From Thermodesulfobacteriota bacterium (GTDB taxonomy: Bacteria > Desulfobacterota > Desulfarculia > JACQYL01): 64,000 nucleotides of DNA. A model generated the notes under the pieces. The model saw only the letters and a program-made list of their open reading frames with translations. It did no database searches and was not told the origin of the DNA. Where the stretch lies: assembly GCA_963675595.2 (NCBI GenBank), contig CAXXLZ010000002.1, positions 2,144,001 through 2,208,000 of the forward strand, given 5' to 3'. Made by a program: the position numbers and the translations under genes. The number at the start of each line of letters is the position of its first letter. Position 1 is the stretch's first letter. This document shows, piece by piece, positions 9,167 to 19,794 of this stretch.

Positions 9167-10471
9167 TCAGGGAACCGCGGCACCCAGCACCGACCACCCC
9201 CCGGCATAAAAGATCCCCGCGACGCATCCCGTGGATGCCGTGGCCAGCACGGCGGCCCAAAGGGCCACGAAGCCCAGACGGCTCAGGTCCGGGAGCCGAT
9301 TGGGAGCCAACGCTCCGATCCCTCCCACGAAAACGGCGACCGAGGCCACGTGAGTGAATCCGCACAGCGCATAAGAAGCGATAACCACTGAGCGTGCCTC
9401 CGTAATCGCCCCGGACTTGATGTACCCGGCCAAGTGAAGATAAGCCGGAATCTCCGTGAGCACCACGCGCTCTCCCAGAAGAGAGGCCACGGCCCACGTA
9501 TCCGCCGCCGGGACTCCCATAAGCCTTGTCATGGGCCAGGAAACCAACGTAAGAAAGTACTTGAGGGAAAAGGTTTGCGGATCCATGTGCAACCATTGCC
9601 CCACCTCCCCCAGAATTCCGTCGATCAACGCCACCAAGCCCAGAAAGGCCACGAGCAAGGCGGAAATCCCGGCCACTTGTTTCACTCCGTCCATGGCCCC
9701 GGCAATGATAGCTTCCAGCAATCCCGGCTTTCCCTCGACCAGGGTTTTCGGCACCGTGCCCAGAGTTTCCGGCACTTCGGTTTCCGGCAAAATGATCTTC
9801 GAAATTACTACGGCTGCGGGAGCGGAAAGTACGGAAGCGGACACCAGATGCCCCGCAATCTGCGGGAACGCTCCACGGAGCGCCCCCACATAAATCGCCA
9901 TGGTGGAACTTGCCACGGTGGCCATGCACGCGGTGAGCAACGTAAGCAGCTCGGACCGCGTCATGCCGTCCAGAAACGGACGCACCGCTCCGGCCGATTC
10001 CACACCCACAAAAATGGTGGACGCGGTTCCCACAGATTCGACCCCACTGGTTCCCAATAGACGAACGAAGGCTTTGGAGAAGAGTCTGACCACGAAGGGC
10101 ATGACACCCACGTGATACAGCAGGGCCATGAAAGCCATGAAGAAAATGATGGTGGGCAGGTATTGGATCGCCAAAATGAATCCCGGACTCTGAGGCCGGC
10201 CGGGTTCCACGGCCAGAGGCCCAAAAAGGAACCGAACCCCTTCCATGGAATATCCGAGGAGACTCACCACTCCCTGGTTCAAGCCCCATAAAAGCTCTCG
10301 TCCCGCCTCCGAATGGAACACGAAGGCGCCCAGGGCCAACTGCATTCCCGTTCCGACCAACACCAACTTCCAGGGAAAGCGGCGCTTGTAATAAGAAGTG
10401 ACCCATGCAACAGCCTGAAGGATCGCGAAGCCCCCGAGACTTACCAGATTGAGTTTTACCAATGTGTGCAT
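9167..10471 (-). CDS. nupC: Concentrative nucleoside transporter (NupC/CNT family)
   Basis: FLFGPL, LPTIIFF, IFVG.E, MATVA, SYALCGF motifs and many TM helices. Start uncertain (10471 or 10522). Confidence 0.9.
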   Translation of the reverse strand: MHTLVKLNLVSLGGFAILQAVAWVTSYYKRRFPWKLVLVGTGMQLALGAFVFHSEAGRELLWGLNQGVVSLLGYSMEGVRFLFGPLAVEPGRPQSPGFILAIQYLPTIIFFMAFMALLYHVGVMPFVVRLFSKAFVRLLGTSGVESVGTASTIFVGVESAGAVRPFLDGMTRSELLTLLTACMATVASSTMAIYVGALRGAFPQIAGHLVSASVLSAPAAVVISKIILPETEVPETLGTVPKTLVEGKPGLLEAIIAGAMDGVKQVAGISALLVAFLGLVALIDGILGEVGQWLHMDPQTFSLKYFLTLVSWPMTRLMGVPAADTWAVASLLGERVVLTEIPAYLHLAGYIKSGAITEARSVVIASYALCGFTHVASVAVFVGGIGALAPNRLPDLSRLGFVALWAAVLATASTGCVAGIFYAGGWSVLGAAVP

Positions 10472-10610
10472 CCCGTTTTCAGGTAACCGGTAAAAGGACT
10501 TCCGAAAGAGTTCGTGTCGCACACCCCGGCGGAAGTCGAGCCTATCAAAGCATTATGCCGAAAGCGATTCCCTTTTTGTGGACTTTTTAAGACGATAAAG
10601 GAGACGGCCT

Positions 10611-11420
10611 GTGACGTCGTATGTTCACGGATACTCGGACCGAGAAGCCGTCCGCTTGGCGGACCAAGCCGGCACACTGGCGGATATGCTGCATGTGGAT
10701 ACGCTTTATCCTCCCGGTGACCGTGTCCTGGAGATCGGATGCGGCACCGGAGCCCAAACCGTGATCCTGTATGACCAGTCCCCCAACACCCGATTCCTGT
10801 CCGTCGACCGTTCCAGGGACTCCCTCACCGCCGCCGTCGCCAAATGTGGAGGCCGAGGCATTCCCGGCGCGCCATTCGTTCAGGCCGACCTTTTCCAATT
10901 GCCCTTCAAAGATCAAACCTTCGATCATGTCTTCGTGTGCTTCGTGCTGGAACACCTGCCGGACCCACAAAGCGCGTTGGTTCATCTGGCAAGGGTACTG
11001 AAGCCCAACGGGTCCGTCACCGCAATTGAGGGAGACCATGGCTCCTTTTACTGCCACCCCGAAACGGAGGAGGGGAAAAGCGTCGTTAAATGCCTGATCC
11101 GAGCCCAAGCCCATTTGGGAGGAGACTCCCTCATCGGTCGCAGACTCTACCCTCTTCTCACGGAGGCCGGTTTTCACGACGTTCAGGTATCGCCGAGAAT
11201 CGTGTACGTAGACTCCAGCCGGCCCGCCTTGGTGGAAGGGTTCAGCAAGAACACGTTCATCGCCATGGTGGAAGGGGTGAAAGACCAGGCCCTCGCCATG
11301 AACATGGTCACCCCCGAGGTCTGGCGAAAGGGAATCGCCGACCTCTACCGCGCCACCGAGGACGACGGCACCTTCTGCTATACGTTCTTCAAGGCCGTCG
11401 GACGGAAAGTGGGCCCTTGA
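10611..11420 (+). CDS. Class I SAM-dependent methyltransferase
   Basis: VLEIGCGTG, LPFKDQTFD, RVLKPNG motifs; AAGGAG RBS before the GTG start. Confidence 0.9.
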   Translation: MTSYVHGYSDREAVRLADQAGTLADMLHVDTLYPPGDRVLEIGCGTGAQTVILYDQSPNTRFLSVDRSRDSLTAAVAKCGGRGIPGAPFVQADLFQLPFKDQTFDHVFVCFVLEHLPDPQSALVHLARVLKPNGSVTAIEGDHGSFYCHPETEEGKSVVKCLIRAQAHLGGDSLIGRRLYPLLTEAGFHDVQVSPRIVYVDSSRPALVEGFSKNTFIAMVEGVKDQALAMNMVTPEVWRKGIADLYRATEDDGTFCYTFFKAVGRKVGP

Positions 11421-11475
11421 GCCCGTCCAAATCCTACGTACATGTCCGCCGCGTGATCACCATTGCGGACGTCTC

Positions 11476-12648
11476 TCAGTCCGTGTCCGTCAGCCTTGCT
11501 CGAACCTCCTCCGCAATGGCCAGGCAGGCCGTAAGTCCCGGACTGTCCATGCCGAGCAGATGCAGAACGCCCGGAACCTTCGGCGAGTGGTGGAATACGA
11601 AGTCGGAGGAGTCTCTGAGCCTCGCCTGGATGCCCGCTTGGTGAAGATGCAGATCCCGCGCCTCAAGGCCGGGAAAAAACTTATGGACAAAACCATGAAA
11701 GAATTCCGGGGGTTTCAGCCCGGAGGACAAATCGTCGGTTCGCGTCACCGGCCCCAACCAGGGCCCCACGGTCACGGTGTCCGAAACGCGCACTCCTGAA
11801 GAATCGGTTTCGAGAGTCGGGGTCAAGTGCACGCCCACAGTGAAATGGCTCCCTCCGGGCGTTTCCACCCGGGTGGGAACGGGATACACGTTCATCCCGC
11901 GCAGAAAAAGCTCGGAACGGCGATTTCGATAAAAAAGCGCCCATTCACCCCTGACCGGATCCGGAACATAGGAAGATTCGGGATCGATTCTACGGGCCAG
12001 TTCGGGCGCTGCGACTCCGGCGGCGTTTACCAGATATCGTGTGGTTAATCGCTCCACACGCCCGTCTCGTCGACGCAAATCGACGAACAACAAACCATGC
12101 CGGTATTCCACCTCCGTCACGGTCGTTCCCGTGAGAACGTGTGCACCCGCGTTCTCCGCCGACGTCGCCAGCTTGCGAACCAAAGAGGTTGGTTCCACGA
12201 TCCCGGAAGTGGGAACGAATAGGGCTCCGCTGCCGCGAACGTTGGGCTCCATTTCCCGGATTTCCCCCGCGGACAGGAGCCGCACTCCGCGGACGCCGTT
12301 CTCCTCCGCTCGAACGCGGTAGAAGTCCAGCACCCTTTCCTCCGCCGGTTCACAGGCAACAACCAGCTTGCCCGTCCTCAGAACGGGTACGCCGTGGCGC
12401 TCACAAAAATCGTACAGGAGTCGGTTGCCTTCCACACAAAGACGAGCTTTTAAAGGCCGCGTCTCCCGATCGTAATAGATCCCGGCGTGTACCACTCCCG
12501 AGTTGCGCGAGGACTGATTATCTCCTCGGGTAATTCCCTGATTCCTCTCAAAAAGAAAGACCCGCTCGAATCGATCGGCCAGGGTTCGGGCCACCGCACA
12601 GCCGACGACCCCTCCGCCCACCACCGCTACATCGACATCAACGGACAT
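11476..12648 (-). CDS. FAD-dependent oxidoreductase (L-2-hydroxyglutarate oxidase/DAO family)
   Basis: VVGGGVVG, SSRNSGVVHAGIYY, GVHLTP, SPGLTA motifs. Confidence 0.88.
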   Translation of the reverse strand: MSVDVDVAVVGGGVVGCAVARTLADRFERVFLFERNQGITRGDNQSSRNSGVVHAGIYYDRETRPLKARLCVEGNRLLYDFCERHGVPVLRTGKLVVACEPAEERVLDFYRVRAEENGVRGVRLLSAGEIREMEPNVRGSGALFVPTSGIVEPTSLVRKLATSAENAGAHVLTGTTVTEVEYRHGLLFVDLRRRDGRVERLTTRYLVNAAGVAAPELARRIDPESSYVPDPVRGEWALFYRNRRSELFLRGMNVYPVPTRVETPGGSHFTVGVHLTPTLETDSSGVRVSDTVTVGPWLGPVTRTDDLSSGLKPPEFFHGFVHKFFPGLEARDLHLHQAGIQARLRDSSDFVFHHSPKVPGVLHLLGMDSPGLTACLAIAEEVRARLTDTD

Positions 12649-12806
12649 TCCAACGCCTTTCCGCCATCATTGCGCTTCGTACCGAGTCACGGTACTTGGA
12701 AACGCACACCCCCGTAAATCCCAAGTAACGAACCGTACATGGAATTACCTCAAAGAGCCGAGAGGTGAATCGTAACACGGCGGGTCGGGCTTCTTTCACC
12801 GGTCCG

Positions 12807-13598
12807 CTAGATTTCGCCGATGAACCAAGCCCAAGCCATGCCCATGTATTCATAGAACGCACGTTGTGATTTATACAGTTGCCCGGCATCGACCTGAAAG
12901 AGGCTCGCACGAAGTCCTTCCCGATTCCGGCTGAGGTAGTCCGTGGGAGCCGCGATGGGGTTCATTCCCGCTTTCCTGAAAATCATCATGGCTCTCGCCA
13001 TGTGCGAAGCGGAGGAAACCAGGAAAAAAGGTTCCAAACCCACCACGACGAAGATGTCCTCCGCCTCGCCGTGGGTATCCTGTCCCTCCGACCGGACCAC
13101 CATATCCTTTTCAGGCACGCCCAGGCCCCGAGCGGCCTCCGCCGTGATCAGGGCGCCGGCCCTCGAACTGAACACGGCCCCGCCGGAGACGATCAGACGA
13201 CTGCCGGGAAGTTCCCGATAAAGACGGATTCCCTCGGCCAAACGGGTCACGGAAACCTCCGACAACTGACTCAGAGGAGAAAGGCCGGGGTCGGGCCAGT
13301 GCCCTCCTCCCAGGACCGCAACCCACCGCACGGGCCGTTCCGAGTACGATAGAGCCACCTCCGCAGCCTTGCCTGCCGGCACGGCGGGATACATGGTTTC
13401 CAGGGGAGAAATCAAGCGGTCCGCCACAGGCGAATAGCTCAGAACACACAAAAGAAGGGCTCCAAAGATCAACAGCCCCCTGCCCCACTTCTGTTTCCGG
13501 GTGAACGTGATTAGAATGAATCCCAATAAAATGAATTCCACGCCCAGTGCGAGAGGAAATAGAAGGCTGCTTACGATCTTTTTTAAGAATAACATCAT
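12807..13598 (-). CDS. YdcF/ElyC (DUF218) family envelope protein
   Basis: Two N-terminal TM helices, VLGGG, IVSGG, SSASHMARA, APTD; GGAGG RBS before ATG 13598. Confidence 0.88.
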   Translation of the reverse strand: MMLFLKKIVSSLLFPLALGVEFILLGFILITFTRKQKWGRGLLIFGALLLCVLSYSPVADRLISPLETMYPAVPAGKAAEVALSYSERPVRWVAVLGGGHWPDPGLSPLSQLSEVSVTRLAEGIRLYRELPGSRLIVSGGAVFSSRAGALITAEAARGLGVPEKDMVVRSEGQDTHGEAEDIFVVVGLEPFFLVSSASHMARAMMIFRKAGMNPIAAPTDYLSRNREGLRASLFQVDAGQLYKSQRAFYEYMGMAWAWFIGEI

Positions 13599-13912
13599 AG
13601 GTCCTCCGCACTTGTGGCGGTACTTTCGACGCGTACCGAGAGAAGACCGAAGGGACCGGCTGTTATGCCGGAAGTGAGGCGGTTTGTGATCCGCCGACGC
13701 CACCATACTGCGCAGCCGTGACCCGCTTCGTCAAGGCGAAGCTGCATCGCCGAGATTGGGAGCGATTTCCGGGGCCGTCCTCTTTTTTTCCGGATATCTC
13801 AAGATCACTACGCGCTGAATGAACGCTTTAGATTGACCGAACCCCATGAAAACGTTTATAAAATAGTAGATATGGATCGGGGGATGATTTCCATGTTTGA
13901 TTTTGCGGAAGA

Positions 13913-14869
13913 ATGATGACCATCAATGCGAACTTGAAAACACCGAATGACCTGATCTTCGGCCCTGTGGCTTCCAGACGACTGGGATATTCTTTGGGCG
14001 TGGACATTATTCCGAGGAAGACTTGCTCCCTGGACTGTGTCTACTGTGAAGTCGGCAAGACCACCCGGCGCACGCTCGAAATCGCACCTTACATCACGGC
14101 GGAAACCGTGCTGGAAACACTTGAACGCTGCCTGAAAGACGAAAAACCCCGTCTTGACTTCATTACCGTCACCGGATCGGGAGAGCCGACGCTGAATTCC
14201 GACCTCGGCGGCATAGTACGGGGAATCAAACGGTTGTCTCAAGTCCCGGTGGCCATCCTCACCAACGCCACTCTCTTGTATTTGGAGGAGGTTCGGGAAG
14301 CCGTTTCAGAGGCCGAGGTTTTGGTCCCGTCCCTTGATGCGGCCACGGGCAAAGCCTTCAGAGCGGTGAACCGCCCCCATCCCGATCTGGACCTCGAACG
14401 GATTCTCGAGGGATTGATCAGACTTCGAAAGACCTACAAAAAGCAAATCTGGTTGGAGACATTGTTCGTCCGGGGCATGAACGACTCACCTTCCGACCTG
14501 GTCGCACTCAAAGCCGCCGCCGAGCGGATATCGCCGGATCGGATTCAAGTGAACACCGTGGTTCGTCCTCCCACATTATCCGAAGCACACCCCCTGGACG
14601 CCGAGGAACTCGAAAAATGCAGGGCGTTCCTGGGGCCGAAAGCTGAATTGATCGTTTCTTTTGCCAAGGAGGAAGCCGGCAGGGAGAACCCCGGCTCCGA
14701 AGACTCGGTGATCGAGATGATCCGTCGTCGACCCTGCGGTCTGGAAGAGATATCGGCGGCGTTGAATATTCCAAGAGCAACGCTCGAACCCATGATGGGT
14801 CGGCTCGTGCTGAACGGTAAAGCCGTCCGGCGCGTACACCGTGGAATTTCCTTTTATCAATCGGAATGA
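13913..14869 (+). CDS. Radical SAM protein
   Basis: FGPVASRRLGYSLG, CSLDCVYC (CxxxCxxC), GSGEPTL. Confidence 0.9.
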   Translation: MMTINANLKTPNDLIFGPVASRRLGYSLGVDIIPRKTCSLDCVYCEVGKTTRRTLEIAPYITAETVLETLERCLKDEKPRLDFITVTGSGEPTLNSDLGGIVRGIKRLSQVPVAILTNATLLYLEEVREAVSEAEVLVPSLDAATGKAFRAVNRPHPDLDLERILEGLIRLRKTYKKQIWLETLFVRGMNDSPSDLVALKAAAERISPDRIQVNTVVRPPTLSEAHPLDAEELEKCRAFLGPKAELIVSFAKEEAGRENPGSEDSVIEMIRRRPCGLEEISAALNIPRATLEPMMGRLVLNGKAVRRVHRGISFYQSE

Positions 14870-14945
14870 ACTCATTGGGAACCCCGGCCCGAGGCGAAAT
14901 GCGCCGCACGCTCGGGGGCCCGTCCACCAAGGATCAAAAAACACG

Positions 14946-17900
14946 ATGCAAAGTGCAGGAATCCGTTGTTCCAGTCCACTCCATGTGGGCGTCGATGTCG
15001 GCTCGGTGAGCGTCAACGTGGTTGCCGTGAATCAGGCCGGGGAGATCGTTTTCGAGGCACCTTACCGGCGGCATTTCGGTAGAATTCACCCCATGATTCT
15101 GGAATTACTCGGAGATGTCCGGGCATGGGCCGGGGAGACGCCCATTCGATCGGTTTCCTTTACAGGCAACCACGGCCAAGTTGCGGCCGAGTTGTCCGGG
15201 GCTCCCTACGAATTCGAAACCATTGCGCAGGTGGAAGGCTGCGTGGCCGTGATGCCGGGCGTGCGCAGCATTATCGGCATGGGCGGACAGGAAACCGCCC
15301 TGTTTCAGCTCGACTATCACGGATCGGATTGGGAACTCCGTGAGTTCAACATGAACGGACCGTGTGCATCAGGTACGGGTTCCTTCATCGACCAGCAGGC
15401 GGAGAGGCTCGCCACTTCCATATATGATGAAGCCAGGGAGTGGGCTCCGGAAAGAATAGAAACCGTTCTGAGGGATTTCATCGCCCTGGGCATGAAAGCG
15501 GAAGCCCCAAGCCAAGTGGCTTGCCGATGCACGGTGTTCACCAAGTCGGACATGATCCACCTGCAGAACAAGGGAGAAAGTCTCGAGAACATCATTGCGG
15601 GTCTTCACGAAGGAAATGCGGCCAACTATATCAGCACCATCGTTTCCACGCGGAAAATGGTCGAACCCATCGCCTTTATCGGAGGCATGTCCCTCAACGA
15701 ACTACAGGTTTTGTCCTTCCGGAAATACTACCCGAACCTGAAGATTCCCCCCCATCCCACGAGTCTCGGGGCCCTGGGCGTAGCCCTCGTCGCCGCTCGC
15801 CGAAATATCGAAAGTCCTTTGGACCTGGATGGGCTGAAATCGGATTCGGAGAGCAGAGAAAAATCGTTTTCATTCGCACCGCCCCTGAAGATCGAGAAAA
15901 CACAATTTCCCGAAGACAACCGCATCACGGCCATGTTCGACTCCAAATCGGTCGTGGACGTCTTCCTCGGCATCGACATCGGTTCCACCACCACCAAATA
16001 CGCCATGATCGACACCACCAACCGGGTCGTTCGAAAGCATTATGTTCACACTCGTGGAAAGCCGATCCAGGTCACCCAGGAATTGTGCAGACACATCGTG
16101 GAGCACGCCGGGCCTCATGTACACATCCTGGGCGTCGCCACCACGGGTTCCGGAAGAAACGTGGTGGGAGACTTCATCAATGCGGATGTGATCATCGACG
16201 AAATCACGGCTCACGCCAGGGGAGCCGTACAGGTCGATCCCAAGGTGGACACCATTTTCGAAATCGGCGGGCAGGATTCCAAATACATCTATATCCACGA
16301 CGCACATCCTCTCGATTTCGACATGAACAAGGTCTGCGCCGCCGGCACCGGAAGTTTCCTGCATGAACTCGCCAACAAGAACCGAATCAACATTGTAGGT
16401 GAATTCCAGGAAATGGCGCTCTCCTCTCCCCATCCGATTCTCTTGGCCGAGCGTTGTACGGTGTTCATGGAATCCGACCTGGTGTCCTTCGCACAGAAAG
16501 GGGCCAACAAACCGGACCTGATCGCCGGGCTGAGTTACGCCATCGTTCACAACTACCTGAACCGCGTGGTGGGGAAAAGGAAGATCGGAAATCACATCAT
16601 GTTCCTCGGGGGCCCCTCCTTGAATAAGGCCGTGGTGGCCGCTTTCGAGCAGGTCACCGGACAGACGTTGGTGGTCCCCAAACATCGTGAAGTCATGGGA
16701 GCTTTCGGAGCCGCTCTCATCGCCAAAGACAGAATGCAGCGAGCCCCCTACGTCTCGAACTTCCGGGGAGCGTCCGAGATCGTCCAAGACCGACTCACGC
16801 ACGAGGAGCGTATCTGCCGAGTCGACCCGAACTGCCATAACCAGTGCAAACTCAAGGTCTATACCTTCAGCGGCCGAAAGAGCGTCTGGGGAGGTGAATG
16901 CGGCCGTTATGAGGCCTCCCGATCGGACCGCCGCAAGGAAGAGAACTACTTCGACCTACGGAATCGGATATTCCTCGATCACCTGGAACCTTCGGCGGTA
17001 AGGCTGAAGACCGGCGCCCCTCGTCCCGTACGAAGCGGAGCCCCGACCGTGGGCATTCAGCAGGCTTTGACCTTTTACAGTCTGGGCGTTTTCTGGACTC
17101 ACTTCTTCAAACACCTGGGTTGCAGCGTGCTCCTGACCCCTCCCACGGACTACCGCATATCCCGTTCAGGCATCGAGGCCACCAACACCGAAACCTGCTA
17201 CCCGGTGAAGGTGTCCCACGGCCACGTGAAACATCTGGCCGAGCACGCGGATTTCCTATTTCTGCCCAACATGATCAACATGAAGACGCCACATCCCGAA
17301 GAGGCGGGCTTCCTGTGCCCTTTGGTGGAGTCAAATCACTTTATGGTCAAGAGCGCCCTGGGACTAAGCGACCGCAGAATCCTCTCTCCCACGGTGGAGC
17401 TGCGCCTCGAGGCTTCACGAGTCGTGGAGGACCTCCATCGAAGTCTCGGCGCCAAGCTCGGATGCAGCCGGGAACGGGTGAGGACCGCCTTCGAAGCGGC
17501 TTCGGAAGCACAGGACGCGTTCGAAAAAGCCGTTTTGGCCGAAGGACGCCGGGTGTTGGGATCCATCACTCCGGAAGACTTCGTGGTATTGGTTACCGGA
17601 AGGCCCTACAACCTGCACGATGAGCGCCTGAACCTGAAGTTGGGACACCAGTTGGCCAAAACGGGCATCAAAGGAATCCCCATGGATTTCCTGGACACCG
17701 ACGCGGAAGACCTGTCGGATTTTCCGGACATGTATTGGGGGTTGGGAGCCAAGATACTTCGGACGGCCAGAGTGGTCGCGAGAACACCGGATTGGTTCGG
17801 GCTGCACCTGACCAATTTCAGTTGCGGGGCCGACTCGTTCATCGAGCATTTTTACAAGTACCTCATGGGGGACAAACCTTGTTTGATCCTCGAACTGGAC

Positions 17901-18029
17901 GAACATAGCGCCGTAGCCGGGATGATGACCCGGATCGAGGCGTTCAAGAACGTCATGTCCAATGTGCTGTGCCGGACGGAACCTACCGAGGACCGCTCCG
18001 CCGCAGGAGGATCGCGAATCGCGGGTTGA
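14946..18029 (+). CDS. Acyl-CoA dehydratase activase with two BadF/BcrAD ATPase domains plus a DUF2229-type domain (PlsA-like)
   Basis: GVDVGS..CASGTGSF..CTVF, then GIDIGSTT..CAAGTGSF..CTVF, followed by ETCYPVK and FSCGADS. ATG 14946 chosen as start. Confidence 0.9.
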   Translation: MQSAGIRCSSPLHVGVDVGSVSVNVVAVNQAGEIVFEAPYRRHFGRIHPMILELLGDVRAWAGETPIRSVSFTGNHGQVAAELSGAPYEFETIAQVEGCVAVMPGVRSIIGMGGQETALFQLDYHGSDWELREFNMNGPCASGTGSFIDQQAERLATSIYDEAREWAPERIETVLRDFIALGMKAEAPSQVACRCTVFTKSDMIHLQNKGESLENIIAGLHEGNAANYISTIVSTRKMVEPIAFIGGMSLNELQVLSFRKYYPNLKIPPHPTSLGALGVALVAARRNIESPLDLDGLKSDSESREKSFSFAPPLKIEKTQFPEDNRITAMFDSKSVVDVFLGIDIGSTTTKYAMIDTTNRVVRKHYVHTRGKPIQVTQELCRHIVEHAGPHVHILGVATTGSGRNVVGDFINADVIIDEITAHARGAVQVDPKVDTIFEIGGQDSKYIYIHDAHPLDFDMNKVCAAGTGSFLHELANKNRINIVGEFQEMALSSPHPILLAERCTVFMESDLVSFAQKGANKPDLIAGLSYAIVHNYLNRVVGKRKIGNHIMFLGGPSLNKAVVAAFEQVTGQTLVVPKHREVMGAFGAALIAKDRMQRAPYVSNFRGASEIVQDRLTHEERICRVDPNCHNQCKLKVYTFSGRKSVWGGECGRYEASRSDRRKEENYFDLRNRIFLDHLEPSAVRLKTGAPRPVRSGAPTVGIQQALTFYSLGVFWTHFFKHLGCSVLLTPPTDYRISRSGIEATNTETCYPVKVSHGHVKHLAEHADFLFLPNMINMKTPHPEEAGFLCPLVESNHFMVKSALGLSDRRILSPTVELRLEASRVVEDLHRSLGAKLGCSRERVRTAFEAASEAQDAFEKAVLAEGRRVLGSITPEDFVVLVTGRPYNLHDERLNLKLGHQLAKTGIKGIPMDFLDTDAEDLSDFPDMYWGLGAKILRTARVVARTPDWFGLHLTNFSCGADSFIEHFYKYLMGDKPCLILELDEHSAVAGMMTRIEAFKNVMSNVLCRTEPTEDRSAAGGSRIAG

Positions 18030-18066
18030 CGGCGAATCCGCTAATTCCATTCGAGGATAATAATCT

Positions 18067-19440
18067 ATGCAGTCGGAACAGGTCGCCAGGGACTTCAGCA
18101 TCTTTCACAACCGAGTGGGCAATTTCAACGTCAAGGGGAAGACGCTGCTCCTTCCCGAGATGAATCCCTTGTCTTCACACCTTTTGGCCGCCGTGTTTCG
18201 GAGCTTCGGCGCCAATGCGGCGGTTATGGAAACCTACGAGGGACTTCAGCTCGGCAAGGAATATACCTCGGGCAAGGAATGTTTCCCCTGCCAGATCACT
18301 TTGGGCGACGTGCTGCATTACCTGAACCGAGAAAAGGAACGACTGGGAAGTGCCTTCAGCGCCCGGGATTATGTGTATTTCATGCCCGGAACCGACGGAC
18401 CCTGCCGTTTCGGCATGTACAACAAGTTCCAGAGAATCGTTCTGGACACTCTTGGAGAGTACAAAGACGTTCGGATAGCGGCTATTTCCACCAAAGACGC
18501 TTATTCCATAGGGAACCTGATCGACGCGGACAAGAGCCGATCGTTCCGCAAGGCGGCATACTGTTCCGTGGTCATTGGAGACATATTGGAAAGGGCGCTC
18601 TGGAGAGTCCGGCCTTACGAAACCCGAAAGGGCTCGGCCACGGAACTCGCTTACCGGGGCCGACGCTATCTGGAAGCCAAGCTGTTGGAACACTCGAAGG
18701 ATTTGAAGTTCGGCCCCGTGTTCAGAGCATTGGATGAAGTGGTCGCCGAGATGTCCAAACTTTCGGACACGCATAGAGATGCCAAACCGTTGATCGGCAT
18801 CGTCGGCGAGATATACGTTCGAACTCACGTACGTTCCAACCAAAACCTGATTGAAACGCTGGAACGTTACGGGGCTGAGGTGGTCAACGCGTCTCTGGCC
18901 GAATGGATCAACTATACCACCTACGATAAGCTGCGCACCGAAAAGAAGACCTTGACGCATCAGCTCCGCACTCGGGATTTCCCGGCTGTCGCCCGCTCGT
19001 TCAAAGGACTTCTCAACCTCGCCGGGGACATGTTGTATCAGGACTTCCGGCACCAACAGCTGTACCGAAGGACCAAGAACCGCTTCGATATCCACTCCGA
19101 TCATCGCGTGGCCAAGTTGGACAAACGTCTCCAGCGATCCGGACTGTTCAGTTTCGATATCGGCGGAGAGGCTTGTCTCAGCATAGCGGGCGCGGTGGAA
19201 TACATGGAACATGGTTTCAACGGCGTCGTGAACGTGTATCCGTTCACGTGCATGCCGAGTACGATCACCTCGTCCGTATTGAAGCCCTTGTTAAGCCGAT
19301 TGCGGTTTCCTTACCTCGACGCGCCTTATGACGGCACCTACCAACCGGGCCGGGAGGCGGCCATCAGGACCTTCATGTACCAGGCGCGGCAGCATTTCGA
19401 CAGGACCCGAAACGGTAACGGGCGTCTCGGGTCCGACTGA
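18067..19440 (+). CDS. 2-hydroxyacyl-CoA dehydratase-like partner subunit (PlsR-like)
   Basis: ECFPC, GPCRFGMY, IGIVGEIYVR, PFTCMPS motifs; directly downstream of the activase. Confidence 0.85.
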   Translation: MQSEQVARDFSIFHNRVGNFNVKGKTLLLPEMNPLSSHLLAAVFRSFGANAAVMETYEGLQLGKEYTSGKECFPCQITLGDVLHYLNREKERLGSAFSARDYVYFMPGTDGPCRFGMYNKFQRIVLDTLGEYKDVRIAAISTKDAYSIGNLIDADKSRSFRKAAYCSVVIGDILERALWRVRPYETRKGSATELAYRGRRYLEAKLLEHSKDLKFGPVFRALDEVVAEMSKLSDTHRDAKPLIGIVGEIYVRTHVRSNQNLIETLERYGAEVVNASLAEWINYTTYDKLRTEKKTLTHQLRTRDFPAVARSFKGLLNLAGDMLYQDFRHQQLYRRTKNRFDIHSDHRVAKLDKRLQRSGLFSFDIGGEACLSIAGAVEYMEHGFNGVVNVYPFTCMPSTITSSVLKPLLSRLRFPYLDAPYDGTYQPGREAAIRTFMYQARQHFDRTRNGNGRLGSD

Positions 19441-19794
19441 AACGGATTCGTACATTTTTTGGGGTGGATTCGGGAAAACCTTCGTCCATGGAAGGAGTCA
19501 ACCTCCCCTCAGGACCTGTCTCAGCGGGTTGCCTCACCTCGGATGTGAGGTATGAAACCGAGCATGATCTTGAGCACTGCGGCACCGCAACCACCCTCAC
19601 TTTCATCACCCGGTACGCGCCCCTCTCCAACCACCGCCGGCTCGGAAGGATTGGAGAGAATGCAGGGAACGAACCCGAGGAAACGGGTTCGTGCTTGAAA
19701 GATTATCGAAATTATTCTCCGACACCGCTCACAGCCGACGAACCGCACCGGCGGGGGTTCGTCCGGATGAGCCGGTTTCGCAAGGTGAAAACCA

